From Scyliorhinus canicula (taxonomy: Eukaryota), in the NCBI RefSeq assembly GCF_902713615.1, contig NC_052147.1, forward strand, positions 48,283,549 through 48,347,548: a stretch of DNA of 64,000 nucleotides, written 5' to 3'. Shown piece after piece: positions 11,330 through 26,489 of this stretch. The translations under genes and the position numbers were made by a program. The notes under the pieces are model-generated. The model was given only the letters and a program-made list of their open reading frames with translations, was not told where the DNA came from and did not search any database. Position 1 is the first letter of the stretch. Every line of letters begins with the position of its first letter.

Positions 11330-13659
11330 CAGGATACAAGGCATGGAAACAGGCCATTTGGCCCAACTAACCCATGCTGCTGTTTATGCTCCTCTCGAGT
11401 CTCCCTCTTCTTCTGTCATCTAAACGTACCATCAGTTCCCTTCCACATTATATGCTTGTCCAATCTACCCTCAAACACATCTATACGATTCATTTCACCT
11501 GCTGCAATAGGGAGTGGTTTCCACATTCTTTGCAATATTTGGTTGAAGTTTCTTCAGAATTGCACACTGTATTTCTTGGCAACTACCTTTCATCAATGGC
11601 CATTCTCTGTATCAATTCTATCAAAAATTCCATCATTTTTCAAGAGTAAAGAAAATGCAGTCTATCAATCCTTTCATGATATGTATACCCATGCACTTCT
11701 GGCATCACACTTGCAAATCTTCTCTGCACCCTCTCCAGTGCCTCCATAGCCTCTTTTTAAGATGACCAGAACTGCATACAGTCATCTTAAGTACGGCCCA
11801 ACCAACGTCAATACAGGTTTACCATAACCTACCCACTTTGAATTCTATTCTTCTTGAAATAAAACCTAGTGCTTGCCGTGCCTTTTTGTAAAAGAAAATG
11901 ACTGTGCTAACATGTGATGCAACTTTCAGTGATTAATGTATTTGTATTGAGGTTCCTTTCTTCCTACCAAAGTGTACTCTCATATTGATCTGTATTGAAC
12001 CTCATTTGCCAATTGGTCACCCATTTTATGGATGTATTCATGTCTTCCTGTATAGTCCTCAGTAATGACTATTCAGCAACCCCGCCAAAGTCCAAATCAT
12101 TACTGTGAATTGTGAACAATGACTCCAATACAGATTCTGGTGGAACACCGACTTCCCACTCATTATTCCCACTCTTCTGCCTGTGGTCTTTTAAGCCAGC
12201 CAGCAGTCCATTCAGCCACAATGCCCGACTGCATATTTTCCAATCTTAGTCCATTATGAGGCATCTTATTGAAAGCCTTTTGAATATCCAGATAAATTGC
12301 ATCTACTGTATTACCACTGTCTACACTCTCAAGTTGGTCAAGAAAGGTTTTCTCTTTTGAAATCCATGCTGACTACTCATAATATTTATTCTTTTTAGGG
12401 TGTTCTTCTAGTCTCTCCTTTATTAAGAATTCCATTATTTTATCTTCCACTCATGTTAAAATAGCTCATGTTCTGTCCCCCCTCTTAAATACAAGAATTG
12501 TATTTGCTATATGTCAGTCCTCTGGCACTATATTTTTCTTCTAACAAATTATTTAAATGTGTGTAGTAATGTCCTGCTATCACTTCCCTAGATTATTTTA
12601 AAGTACATAGATGCAATCCATCTGAATTTGGTTCCTCGTCCTCGGTGTTTGTCTCTTTAGTTTATTCAATATAACCTCTTTTTTCTTTTAAATTTTAGAA
12701 TACCCAATTATTTTTTTCCAATTAGAGGGCAATTTTAGCGTGGCCAATCCACCTACCTGCACATCTTTGGGTTGCGGGGGTGAGACCCACGCAGACACAG
12801 GGAGAATGTGCAAACTCCACATGGACAGTGACCCGGGGCTGGGATCGAATCCGGGTCCTCAGCGCCGTGAGGCAACAGTGCTAATTGCTGCCCTAATATA
12901 ACCTCTTTTTATTGAAAACCACTTACCTCATTACTCATCTCATCATTAAATGTCATGTCTACTTATTCTATCGCCCTGGTAAATGTTGAAGTGAAGTAAT
13001 TATTTTATATTTCTATCATCTCTTATTGTTACCTGTGGTTTAATCTTCTCCATCCCTTAGGAGAACCCATTCCCACCACAGCCATAATTTCTTATTGGTG
13101 TGCCTGTAAAATATTCTACTCTTCTGTTGTGTTCCATGATAATTTAACTTTAGTTTCTCTTAGTCTTTCAAATCGACTTCCCTCCTAATCTCTTCATATT
13201 CTGTCTGATTTTGCACTCCTGTGCTGTGTACTTAATATAAGCCTTTTTCTGAACCCACAATTCTTTCCTCACATCTTCATCCATAGAATCCAATTGGTGT
13301 ATAGTTTGCTCCTTCCTTTTAAGAGGAATATATTTTCCTTGCACGTTGAAATACTTTAAATGCCCCCAATAGTTTCTCAATGTCATTGTTTACCAATATA
13401 GTTGCCCATTTTATTTGCGCAAGTCCAACTCTCAGCCCTTCAAATTCCACTTTTCTCCAATCTATCAACTTGATTTTTATCATGATCATGTCTTTCTCTG
13501 TTATGGTCACCATTGCCTTGATGTTCTACCTTTGCTTCTGTTATCGGTTTCAGTTCATTCCCCATTACAACTCTAAAAAGCAAATCATCCTTTGCAGGAA
13601 CTCCATTTTCCACCTCTTCTGTCCAATTAATATCAGGGTAGTTGAAATCCCCCATGGTC
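11330..13659 (-). mobile_element. Old degenerate CR1-clade LINE (continues at about 17250-18460)
   Basis: Endonuclease motif MGDFNYPDINW, decayed reverse transcriptase remnants and a CR1-type 3' tail. Interrupted by a V-SINE at about 12684-12894 (TSD aatataacctcttttt). Confidence 0.7.
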
Positions 13660-16600
13660 ATAGAACAAAGAAAAGTACAGCATAGGAACAGGCCCTTCGG
13701 CCCTCCAAGCCTGCACCGACCATGCTGCCCAGCTAAACTAAAATCTTCTACACTTCAGGGTCCGTATTCCTCTATTCCCATCCTATTCATGTATTTGTCA
13801 AGATGCCCCTTAAACGTCACTATCGTCCCTGCCTCCACCACCTCCTCTGGCAGCGAGTTCCAGGCATCCACTACCCTCTCGTGTAAAAAAGATGCCTCGT
13901 ACATCTCCTCTGAACCTTGTCCCTCGCACCTTAAACCTATGCCCCCTAGTAATCGGCCCCTCTACCCTGGGAAAAAGTCTCTGACTATTCACTCTGATTA
14001 TGCCCCTCATAATTTTGTAGACCTCTATCAGGTTGCCCCTCAACCTCCATTGTTCCAGTGAGAACAAACAGAGTTTATTCAACCTCTCATCGTAGCTAAT
14101 GCCCTCCACATCAGGCAACATCCTGGTAAATCTTTTCTGCGCCCTGACTAAAGCCTCCACATCCTTCTGGTAATGTGGCGACCAGAATTGAACACTATAC
14201 TCCAAGTGTGGCCTAACTAAGGTTCTATACAGCTGCAACATAGAATTTACAGTACAGGAGGCCATTCAGCCCATCGAGTCTGCACTGGCTCTTGGAAAGA
14301 GCATCCTACCCAAGCCCACAACTTCACCCTATCCCCATAACCCAGTTACCCCACCCAACACTAAGGGCAATTTTGGACACTAAGGACAATTTAGCATGGC
14401 CAATCCACCTAACCTACACATCTTTGGACTGTGGGAGGAATCCCATGCACACACGGGTAGAACGTGCAGACTCCGCACAGACAGTGACCCAAGCCAGGAA
14501 TCGAACCTGGGACCCTGGAGCTGTGAAGCAATTGTGCTAACCACTATGCTACGGTGCTGCCCTAAACATGACTTGCCAATTTTTATACTCAATGCCCCGG
14601 CCAAGGGATGTCGTCTGCCTTCTTGACTACCTTCTCCATCTGTGTTGCCCCTTTCAGTGACCTGTGGACCTGCACACCAAGATCTCTCTGACTGTCAATA
14701 CTCAAGGGTTCTACCATTCACTGTATATTCCCTACCTGTATTAGACCTTCCAAAATGCATTACCTCACATTTGTCCAGATTAAACTCCATCTGCCATTTC
14801 TCCACCCAAATCTCCAAACAATCTAAATCCTGCTGTATCCTCTGACAGTCCTCAATCGCTACCTGCAATTCCAACTTTTGGGTCATCCGCAAACTTACTA
14901 ATCAGACCAGTTATATTTTCCTCCAAATCATTTATATATACACACTACGAACAGCAAAAGTCCCAGCACTGATCCCTGCGGAACACCAATAGTCACAGCC
15001 TTCCAATCAGAAAAGCACCCTTCCATTACTACTCTCTACCTTCTATGACCTAGCCAGTTCTGTATCCATCTTGCCAGCTCAGCCCTGATCCCGTGTGACT
15101 TCACCTTTTGTACCAGTCTCCCATGAGGGACCTTGTCAAAGGCCTTACTGAAGTCCATATAGACAACATCCACTGCCCTCCCTCCATCAATCATCTTTGT
15201 GACCTCTTCGAAAAACTCTGTCAAGTTAGTGAGTCACGACCTCCCCTTCACAAAACCGTGCTGCCTCTCATTAATACGTCCACTTGCTTCCAAATGGGAG
15301 TAGATCCTGTCTTGAAGAATTCTCTCCAGTAATTTCCCTACCACTGACGCAAGGCATACCGGCCTGTAGTTCCCTGGATTATCCTTGCTACCCTTCTTAA
15401 ACAAAGGAACAACATTGGCTATTTTCCAGTCCTTCGGGACGTCACCTGAAGACAGTGAGGATCCAAAGATTTCTGTCAAGGCCTCAGCAATTTCTTCTCT
15501 TGCCTCCTTCAGTATTCTGGGGGAGATCCCATCAGTCCCTGGGACTTATCGACCGTAACATTTTTCAAGATGCCCAAGACCTCTTCTTTTTGGATCTCAA
15601 TGTGCCCCAGGCTATCTACACACCCTTCTCCAGACTCAACATCCACCAATTCCTTCTCTTTGGTGAATACTGATGCAAAGTATTAATTTAGTACCGCGCC
15701 CATTTCCTCTGGCTCCACACATAGATTCCCTCCCCTGTCCTTCTGTGGGCCAACCCTTTCCCTGGCTACCCTCTTGCTTTTTATGTACGTGTAAAAAGCC
15801 GTGGGATTTTCCTTAACCCTATTTGCCAATGACTTTTCGTGACCTCTTTTAGCCCTCCTGACTCCTTGCTTAAGTTCCTTCCTACTTTCCTTATGTTCCA
15901 CACAGGCTTTGTCTGATCCCAGCCTTCTAGCCCTGACAAATGTCTCCTTTTTCTTTTTGACGAGGCCTACAATATCTCTCGTTATCCAAGGTTCCCGAAA
16001 TTTGCCTTTTATCCTTCTTCCTCACAGGAACATGTTGGTCCTGAATTCCTATCAACTTAAATTTGAAAGCCTCCCACATGTCACATTTACCCTCAAACAT
16101 CCGCCCCCAATCTAGGTTCTTCAGTTCCCATCTAATATTGTTATAACTAGCCTTCCCCCAATTTAGCACATTCGCCCTTGGACCACTCTTATCCTTGTCC
16201 ACTAGCACTTTAAAACTTACTGAATTGTGGTCACTGTTCCCGAAATGCTTCCCCACTGAAACTTCTACCACCTGGCCGGACTCATTCCCCAACATCAGGT
16301 CCAGTACAACCCCTTCCCTAGTTGGACTATCTACATATTGTTTTAAGAAACCCTCCTGGACAAACTCTGCCCCGTCCAGGCCCCTAGCACAAAGTGAGTT
16401 CCAGTCAATATTAGGGAAGTTAAAGTCTTCTATCACAACAACCCTGTTGCTTTTACTCCTTTCCAAAATCTGTCTACCTATCTGCTCCTCTATCTCCCGC
16501 TGGTCTTTTGGGAGGCCCGTCGTAAACCTCCAACATTGTGACTGCACCCTTCTTATTCCTGATCTCTCTACCCATAAGCCTCGCTGCCCTGGGAGGTGTC

Positions 16601-17230
16601 CTCCTGCAGTCAGCTGTGATATTTTGCCTAACCAGTAGCGCAACTCCTCCACCCCTTTTACATCCCCCTCTAACCAGCCTGAAATATCTAAACCCTGGAA
16701 CGTTCAGCTGCCAATCCTGTCCTTCCCTCAACCAGGTCTCTGTATTGGCAACAATATCATAGTTCCAAGTATTAATCCAAGCTCTTAAATTAATCTGCCT
16801 TACCCGTTATACTTCTTGCATTAAAACATATGTACTTCAGGCCACCAGTCCCGCTGTTTTCAGCAACATCTCCCTGTCTGCTCTTCCTCAGAGTCATACT
16901 GGCCCTATTGCCTAGTTCCCCCTCAGTTTTTTCACCTTCTAACCTATTGTTCTGGTACCCACCCCCCTGCCATACTAGTTTAAACCCTCCCGTGTGACAC
17001 TAGCAAACCTCGCGGCTAGGATATTTATGCCTCTCCAGTTTAGATGCAACCCGTCCTTCTTATACAGGTCACACTTGCCCCGGAAGAGCTCCCACTGATC
17101 CAAATAACTGAAACCGTCCCTCCTGCACCAGCTGTTTAGCTGTTCTATCTTTCTATTTCTAGCCTCATTGGCACGTGGCACAGGAAGTAATCCCGAGATT
17201 ACAACCCTAGAGGTCCTGTCTTTTAACTTT
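13660..17230 (-). mobile_element. Younger CR1-clade (HER1-like) LINE: end of the ORF1 esterase plus frameshifted ORF2 (AP endonuclease + reverse transcriptase)
   Basis: RVVISGLLP...DGLHLN (SGNH esterase), DFNFPNIDW, GNSDH, NYRPVCL, YMDFSKAFDKVPH, LVRPHLEY. Confidence 0.92.
14241..14562 (-). mobile_element. V-SINE with a CR1-derived tail, nested in the CR1 LINE
   Basis: Interrupts contiguous LINE sequence and is flanked by a short aacat duplication. Confidence 0.85.
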
Positions 17231-19825
17231 GTTTTTTTTAAAAAAACACAATGCACCTGCCTATTTCTTCCTCCAACTCCTTTTTACTGTCATTTTTATC
17301 CTGAATAAGTAGCTACTCCACTTCCCTGTTTTCCCTTCTAAAAGATGCCATACCCTGCAATGTTTATCATTCTCTGTCCCGTTTTTTTTTTAGTATTTTA
17401 GTAATCCCTATCATATCTGCCATCATTGCCTCCAGCTCTCCCGTTTTATTAGACTGTGTATTGCTGTTCAGACATTTTAGCAGCTCTTCCCTTAATTTAG
17501 GTTTAACCATTTTTAGACTCCCTATCTATAAATCCATTTATTCCCTTGCCATCAAGGTCCTCCCTTACTTCTTTCCTGTGTTTGTCTGCTTATTCGGTTT
17601 ACATTTAGGCTGTTTCTTGTAGATCCCTTCTTATCTCCTTACTACCTTAAATTCTTTGAGTCCATTTCCATCAGGACACAGGTTACAGATCCCACTGATG
17701 CCAATGCCCCATAACCAGGAATCCTACTTTCCCCACTATAGCCCTTCAGCCATGTGTTCATTCGCCTGTCTGCTCTTATACTAATTTGCATGTAGCTTGG
17801 GCTATTACCCTAGAGATCCAGCTTTTAAAATTTAGAACCCAACAACCATTTCAGCAGAACCTGCTTCCTACTCATGATGTTTGTTTCAACACAAGGCGTA
17901 ACAACTGCATTTACTCCTCCCTTTTTAGGTTCTTCTCAAGCCAATGGGAGATATCCTTTACCCTGGCATCATACCCATTCTTGTTCTTGCACCAATGTGA
18001 GATATCCCTTATCCTGGCACCATTAGACAACATACCCTTTGAGATTCTTGTTCTTGGCTGCAGATGAGGCCATCTATCTCTCCAATTATGGAGCTCGCTA
18101 TTGCTGCCATGTTTCTGTTTTGCTCTCCTCACCCAAACATCCTTCTGTGCAATGGTGCTTTGATCTGCATCATGACCCACCTCCCTCCAATCTTTCTCTT
18201 TGCCCTAGAGTTCATCGCACCTGTTGGAGAGGACTAGTGCCTACAGAATATTCTTCTAAAACCCCCATTACCTGGCGGATTCTATTCTGGTTAAAACTGT
18301 CCAGAGACTCCTCCCCTCTTATGTCTAAATTTCTACAACTCACACTCCAGCTCAATTGCTCTGATTTGGAGAGATTTCAGACGGACACATCACCTGCAGA
18401 TGTATTAGCTTAGGACAGTTGTCCCATCCACAAACTCCCACATAGTACATCTGAATTGTACCTGGACTATACAATTTGCAAATGGCACTAAAGGGGTGTG
18501 GATAATATATAGATGACCCTTGACAAAATAAGATATTAATATTCCTGCAAAATAAACTTGTGTAATTAGTACATTAACTCAAATAAAACAAGTGTGAAGC
18601 AGCACATTTTGGTAGGAAGTTTCAGGGGGCCATTAACTTCCTTGGAAATAAGTGTCCAAATGAGGTGGAGGAACAGAGGGAGCTGGAACTCCATTTACAC
18701 AAATAACTACAAGTAATAATGCTGGTTAATAAGGCCATAAGAAGGAAAACATTGGGTTCATTTCTAGAGGGATAGAACAAATGAGCAGAGAAAATTAAAA
18801 AAGAAACATAGACACAGGAAAACAGAAACACCCCAGAAAATGCTGGAAATACTTAGCACAGTCCAGATGAAAGGTCATCAACCTGATGTTAGCTCTGCTT
18901 TACGCTCTCGATAGATACTGCTGGATCTGCGGAGTATTTCCAGCATTTTCTGAAAAGCAGAGAAATCATGTTAAACTTAGATAGAACTGTGGCTAGATCG
19001 CAGTCAGAATACTGTGCGCAGTTCCCATCTTCAGGATAAGAACAGAAACATTGGGAAATGTGCAAAAATTTTTTACTAGAATACCAGAACTGAGTTTATA
19101 ATCATCAAGAAAATTTGACTAGAAAAGAGAAGAAGATGAAGAGGCAATAAAATTCTGAAACGTGTTTGACAGGATAAACTGAAAAGATACTTCCATTTGG
19201 GGGGGGGGGGGGGGGGGGGGGGGGCAACAATAACATTAAGACAGTCGCTAATAAAATTATTATGGAATTCAGAAGAAATTTTACTCAGCAGTTCCACATA
19301 TGAAGCAACTCGCTAACACAGGAGTAGCTGAGGCAACGAGTCTAAATAAATTTAAGGGGAAGTTAGATAAACATATGAATCAATGAGAAAGGAATGGAAA
19401 GATATGGTTAGATGAAGTTAGGTAGGAGGCATAGACTGTCATGGGCCTGTTGGGCTGAATTGCCAGTTTCTGTATGTACTCAATAACACTTAGTAATATT
19501 GTGATTTCTCGAACAAATTTATTCTGGTTGTCCATTATTAACCGATCGCTCTCCAAGTGAGAATTAATTCTGTCCTCCACAGTAGTCTCTGGTAGTTTGC
19601 CTGCCACAGGCATTAGACTGATTGACATGCAGTTGTCAGGATAGGACTTATCCCTCTCCCCTTTTATGAACAGGGATACGTTAACTCCAGTTCTGTGGCA
19701 CCATGTCCATTTCCAAGAATCAAAAGATGTTTATCATAGCTGCTGGGATCTGTATCTGAGCTTTCCTCAGGAATCTAGGATGCAGTCCCATCATGGCTGG
19801 GTGACGTTAACTTAAGTGATGCCAG

Positions 19826-20055
19826 GGTAGCATGGTGCTGCACAGTGGTTAGCACTGCTGTCTCACGGCACTAAGGTCCCAGGTTCGGTCCTGGCTCTGG
19901 GTCACTGTCCGTGTGGAGTTTGCACATTCTCCCCATGTTTGCATGGGTTTTGCCCCCAAAACCCAAAGATGTGCAGGGTAGGTGGATTGGCCATGCTAAA
20001 TTGACCCTTAATTGGAAAAAATGATTGGGCACTCTAATAAATAAAATAAAAAACT
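19826..20055 (+). mobile_element. V-SINE/HE1-like SINE
   Basis: Full head and body; TSD ttaagt(g/a)atgccag. Confidence 0.87.
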
Positions 20056-20209
20056 TTAAGTAATGCCAGTCTATTTAGAGTCTCCTTTTGAAATATTTTT
20101 ATACCATCCAATATCTCCTCCACTGCATTAACTCCATTTTCTTCTGCAAAGACAGTTGTCAAGTGTATTCATTCAGTACCACAATTCATGACCTGTCTCC
20201 AATATATAA

Positions 20210-20494
20210 TCTTTTAGTGTCACAGGTAGGCTTACATTAACACTGCAATGAAGTTACTGTGAAAATCCCCTAGTTGCCACACTCCGGCGCCTGTTTGGGT
20301 ACACCGAAGGAGAAGTCAGGATGCCCAGGCACGTCGTTCAGGATCTGTGGGAGGAAACCGGACCGCTTGGAGGGAACCCAGGCAGACGTGGGGGGAAACA
20401 TGCAGACTCCGCACAGTGACCCAAACTGGGAATCGAACCTGGGTCCCTGGCACTGCGAAGCAACAGTGCTAACCACTGTGCTACCATGCCGCCC
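20210..20494 (-). mobile_element. V-SINE with an alternative tail (ttttcacagtaacttcattgcagtgttaatgtaagcctac)
   Basis: V-SINE head; tail shared with 31749-32040, 34240-34320 and 53345-53520. Confidence 0.8.
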
Positions 20495-20585
20495 ACTACT
20501 TGGTGGTCCCTAATTGACCCACCATTCCCTGAACTATCCTTTTACTTTTTTTAGGTTCCTTTTTATGTTGGTTTTACACATCAGC

Positions 20586-20980
20586 TGTGGCCTGTTTGGT
20601 AGCATGCTCAACTTTGAGTCAAAAGGTTTGGGCTTGGTAGGGCTTGGAGCACAAAAATCAAAGCCGATGTAGGACGGAATGTTGCATTGTTGGAGGAGCC
20701 ATTTTTTGGATGGGCTTGAAACCAAGGCTTCTCAGGTGGATGTGATCCCAGAGCACTATTTCAAAGAGCAGGGGAGGTATTCCCAGACTCCTGGCCAATA
20801 TTTATCCCTCAAATCAACATTCAAAATCACAAGAAAACAGATTATCTGATCATTATCACACTATTTACATCAACTTGCTATGTGTAAATTGGCAGTTGCT
20901 TTTTCTACATTAGAACAGTAACTACACACATCAAAGTGTAAAGCACTCTGGATGTTTTCTGGTTGTGATAGATGCTGTTC
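20586..20980 (+). mobile_element. Ancient Deu-domain SINE (SacSINE1/AmnSINE1-like); further copies at about 23040-23430 (+), 27960-28365 (-) and 28595-29030 (-)
   Basis: caggtggatgt...gagcagggga...cctggccaatatttatccctca...cagattatctg.tcattatcaca, recognised as the Deu core. Confidence 0.7.
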
Positions 20981-23579
20981 TTTTAAAAAAAGAAAAAATC
21001 ATCTCTTCTCCTGGTGTCATTATTGTATCGGTTTTGTTTTATCATGCATTCTATTTTCCTTGGTTTTTTAATGTGTTTAGTACCTGTTATTTGTCACAAG
21101 CCTTCTTTGTTTTATTATAACCTTTGTAATTGTCAGCCACTATGGGTTTGGATTCCATATTTTTCCTTCTTATGGAAATACCCAAAGTATCGCCGCCTTG
21201 AGGCCTGACACTACTCAGTTAGTTTTCCTGAACAATCTTTGCTTCCAGTTAATCAAAACTTACTGAAATTGGCTCACATCCAGTTGGGCTAAATACCTAC
21301 TGATTAAGAAAGTTCTCCTGTACACGTTTTAGCTGTTCTTTGCCCTTAACTTGCCCATTATTGTCTGCCCCTGTCAATATTTGAGTAATTGAAATTACCT
21401 ACTACTACCACAATGTTTTTATATTCCTCCATAGGTTTCCTATAGATTTGCTCATTTATCTCCTTCTTACTATCCAGCGTCTATACTAAATAACCTTGCA
21501 ATGGAAACGGTCCTTCTTAGTTCCTTAACTTTAACCAATTAAATTCAGTCTTTGAACCATCTGGTGCATCGTCCCACTTTGAACTGTAATAACCTTCATT
21601 AATCTTTGCCACCATCAACCCCACCCGTCCATTCCAAATATTAATTTCAACTACCTTCCAGAATGTTTTTCAGGTAGTCTGCCGCAGAAATGGTTCCAAT
21701 GCTCCACGAATCTGAAGTCCTCTCTCCTGCATCACTTCTCCAAATATGCAGTCATTTGCACTATCCTCCCATTTTTGTCCTCATTAGCACATGGGACTGG
21801 AAACAAATACCATTTTTGAGATCCTATCCTTTGATCTTTTACCTAGCTCATGAAACTTTGCCTCTAGAATCTCTTCCTTTTTCCTATGTTATTGGTTCCA
21901 ATGTGAACCACTACTTCTGGCTGTTAGCTTTGCCTTTAGAGAATGCCCATCCCCTGTTCAGTGATATATAGTCGCACTGAAATCAGTATAAAACATCCCA
22001 AAGCTGTACAGTACTCTAAGGCAACACATGGGAATGGTTTGTCCAGTGGTAGTTTCCAATGCAGTCACACTCTTGTTGTATTGTTGAGAAGAGCCACAAT
22101 TAATAGAGAATCAAAGGAGGAAACTGAAGGAGGTCTCTTCAGGTATGGAACAACACAACGGAGTGTCGATCTTATATCCAAGGTCTTAAACTAATTAAAG
22201 GAAGTATGAAACATTACATCCAAGTTTGGTATAAAATAAATGCAAGTGGGCAAACTGATTAAAAACGGTCAGGAAATTCAATATGGAAAGAATGATTAAT
22301 ATTCAAGTCTATACCAAGGTAGGGTAGGGTGAGGAAGCAAAGCCCTTGAGGTAATTTAAGAGACAACAGAGTCTGATGATTGGGGATTTTAAAACAAACA
22401 TGAGTCAACTAAGATCAGATGGGGAGGCGGTGGCATAGTGGTATTGTTGCTGGCCACGTAATCCAGAGACCCAGGTTGATGATCTGGGTTTGAATCCCAC
22501 CACGGCAGGTGATGCAATTTAAACTCAATAAAATATCTGGAATTAGAAGTCTAATGATGACCATGAAACCATTGTCGATTGTCGTAAAAACCCATATGGT
22601 TCACTATTGTCCTTCAGGGAAGGAAATCTGACATCCTTTCCTGGTTTGGCCTACATGTGACTCCAGACCCACAAAATTAGGTTGACTCTTAACAGCCCCC
22701 TCAAGGGCAATAAATGCAACGCCCACACCCCATAAATGTATATAAAACTAGCCTTCCTCATCCAGGTATGTAATTTGCAACAATTCTACAATCATGTCAC
22801 CTTGATGTTATAAACATCAATAATAATGTGCAAATATACTGAATATTCTCATTAATATGAGAGAATAATCTTTGAAAGTAATACTTTAACATAGTTTTAG
22901 TTTCTAATATGTCATAGCATGTCATTTAACTACATTAAGCTGTTGTACAGATTTTAGGAACTTCACCAATTAAGGCACTTGCTAATAGGATTCCATTAGA
23001 AAGACCTAACATCAGATACATTGCATTCTTCTTGTGTCAGCCTTTGCTCACTAGTAGCAATCTCACTTGTGGCAGGTTGTAATGGATTCCAATGTTATGC
23101 CAGACACTGGAGCGCATAAGCAGGCACTTCAGTGCAATATTGAAGGAGTGCACCGTTGGAGGTTCCATATTTTAAGCAAATTTTAAACATAGATTGTCAG
23201 ATCACACAAAATATTCCATTGCACAAGTCAAAGTGCATGGAAGTTATTCCAGGGCCTGGCTAACATTTATTCCTCAATGATTAAAAACAGACCAGTCATT
23301 CCTATTCTGGGAACTTTATGCGCAAATTAGATGCCACACCTATCTACATTACAGCAACATTTCAAATGTATTTCATTGACTATGAAGCTATGTAACATCC
23401 CATGGATGTGAAAGGTGGTGCTATGTAAATGGAACATTAGTTCACGCGCACAGAGGCAAGGTTTTCAACCAAGTTCAAGTTTAATTACTCATACTTTTCA
23501 GCCTGTTCAGATAAGTTAACCTAGCACGAGTTTGCAATATTTTTACTGCATAAAATATAGGATTTGCATGTCAAAGCTG

Positions 23580-24320
23580 AAGTACAGTCACTACATCGCA
23601 CCACATTAAAGTGTCAGGCAATTACAATCTCCCCATGATATTCAATAGCATTACTGTACTCACCTACCAAAATTCTGAGAGTTACCATTGACCAGAAACT
23701 GAATTGGACCAGCCATATAAACATGATGACTACAAGAGCAAGTCAGATGCTGGGAATTCTGTTGAGTAACTCACCTCCCGACTCCCCAAAGCCAACAACC
23801 ATCTACAAGGCACAAGTCGGGAGTGTGATGGAATATGCACCACTTGCCTGGATGAGTGCATCTTGAGCTCTACACCATTCAAAACAAAGCCACGCACTTG
23901 AATGGCACCCCATCCATTACCACAAACCTTCACTCCCTCCACCACTGATGGTGGCAGCAGTCTGCACCATTTAGATGCACTACAGCAACTTGCTAATGCA
24001 CTTTCATCAGCATCTTCCAAACTGGTGATCTCTATCACCTAGCAGAACAAGGGCAGCAGATGAAGATAACACCACTACCTGCAAGTTTTTCCTCAAAGTC
24101 ATACAACATCCTGACTTGGAAGCAAATCATCATTCCTTCACTGTCTCTGGGTCAAAATCCTGGAACTCACTCCCTTAAAATTAAAAAGTGTGGCTCTACC
24201 TACACTTCATGACTGCAGACATTCAAGTAGGCAGCTCACCGTCATCTTCTCAAGGACAATTAAGGATGGACAACAAATGCTGGCCTTGCCAGCGATGCTC
24301 ACATCCCATGAATGAATAAA
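23580..24320 (+). mobile_element. 3' part of a CR1/L2-clade LINE (related fragments at about 49070-50660 minus and 63030-63600 plus)
   Basis: IYKAQV-like coding remnant; tail caaatgctggccttgccagcgatgctcacatcccatgaatgaataaaa. Confidence 0.7.
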
Positions 24321-24947
24321 AGATCGGCTCACAGAAATGAGATGTCTGCTTAAAGGCAACTTTAAGCAAGCCCTTGTAAACAGATTTATTGTTGAGTGAA
24401 GATGCATTGATTTTTAAGTTGATGTATCCTGTGCGTATGAATGGAGTAAACGTAGATAATTCTATGTTGCTAGGCAATTTAGATCACAGCAGTTCCATTA
24501 TTTCACTGATGATATCATAATAAAGCAAAGGCCACTATAAATGACAAGTTATAAGGAGCACCATCATCATCTATTTGAATGATGGATTTTTAAAATTACT
24601 TCTCTCTTTTTAAACTTTGACCTCATTAAGAGTCAAAAAGACAAGTACGAAAAATACTTCAACATCTCTACCAATGCCACAGTGTAAAGTGCATATGCGA
24701 CCTGATAAATTCAATGACTTTTCTCATTTACCTCCTCCTGAAGGGGAAGGAATTACCTTTATTTACATTTTCTATCATTCCAAATTCCAATCAGGATCAA
24801 ATTCATCAGATGGTGATTGCAGAAGTAATTAGTGATGAACCAAGAGGAGTTTTAATTTAAAAGAAAAAACTAAGACTAAACTGAAAGTTGTTTTCAATGG
24901 TCCAACAATTTTATTATTTTGAATCAAATTATAGGATCCACTAATGT

Positions 24948-25310
<363 letters not shown>

Positions 25311-26489
25311 TCACCTCTTACTATTTTTGAAAGGAAAAAATGTTGTTTGACAAATTACTATTCATTGTGTTTTTGTTGTGAATGAATAAAATAGCCTTCC
25401 AATGTATTTCGCTTGCCCTAGTTTAGATCACTGAACTTTGTCAATATGGTAGGTAGATTTCTTGTTCCTAGTCATCAAGCTTCTATCTAGAAGTGGATAA
25501 CAGTTCATTACTGCAAATCTTTCCTCCTCACTGAGACTCTGTTTGAAGAATATCGCTGAAGGTTACTTATCGACATTCAAAATGTCATGGGTTGGATGCT
25601 CTCCATTACACCCATTTTAAGGACTGGACTACATTTGCACTAAGCGGTTGGCTGCAAACAGAAGTCAAGTGCCTTGGGCTACCAAAGTATTAGCCAACTT
25701 GAATAGACCTCAACTAAAGGAATGCGGGATCCAAAGGGCAATTGGTCTGCAAACCCGAAAGCTGTAGCTTCCCGTGATCAATTTCTGGAGCCTGGTGGCA
25801 TGCTTCTGCTCCTCACTATTTCAAAAAGAATGACGAGAAATTTTTGTTTAGGATGTTCTTCAGCCAAACTGCTACGCAACACTGGTCAGAAGCAACAATT
25901 GGGCTCCTATGTACGTCACAGCGCCATTATTAACAATTTATATAGACCTAATACCCGACTCAGGAATAGGTAGCCCTTGATGCTGGGTAGTGAGACTGGG
26001 GAAATAACGTTGCAGGTATTTAAGCTTGCCATTTCCGCTAGGCTCTAGACCTAAAACTTTACCTTATACATTGGACCTAAAACTCTCTTTATTCAGTAAC
26101 TTAGGACATTTGTACATCTACATTCTTTACTACTCCACTATATTATCCATTGCCCAATGCTAAAAATTGAAGTTACACGTGCAAATTAGGTGTTTGACAT
26201 CTTGTTAGAATGTGTGCATAATGCTGGGTATAGAGCTTATTGGTTTAAAGCACTGCCACATTCCTTCATTCCTTAAAAATCACCTGCACAACAGAAGTAG
26301 ATTACACAGCCAAATGATTAACAATTAACAGTTGACCAGAATTACAAAGTTACAAACAAAATTTAACCATAAAAGCCGATTATACAATGTTCTGAAGAAA
26401 GGTGCAAAATACCTTCAAAAGTATTGAAGAAATTGATATCAGGAATACAGCAGCACCGAAGCAATGTCCCTGGTCAGGCTACACCTCAA

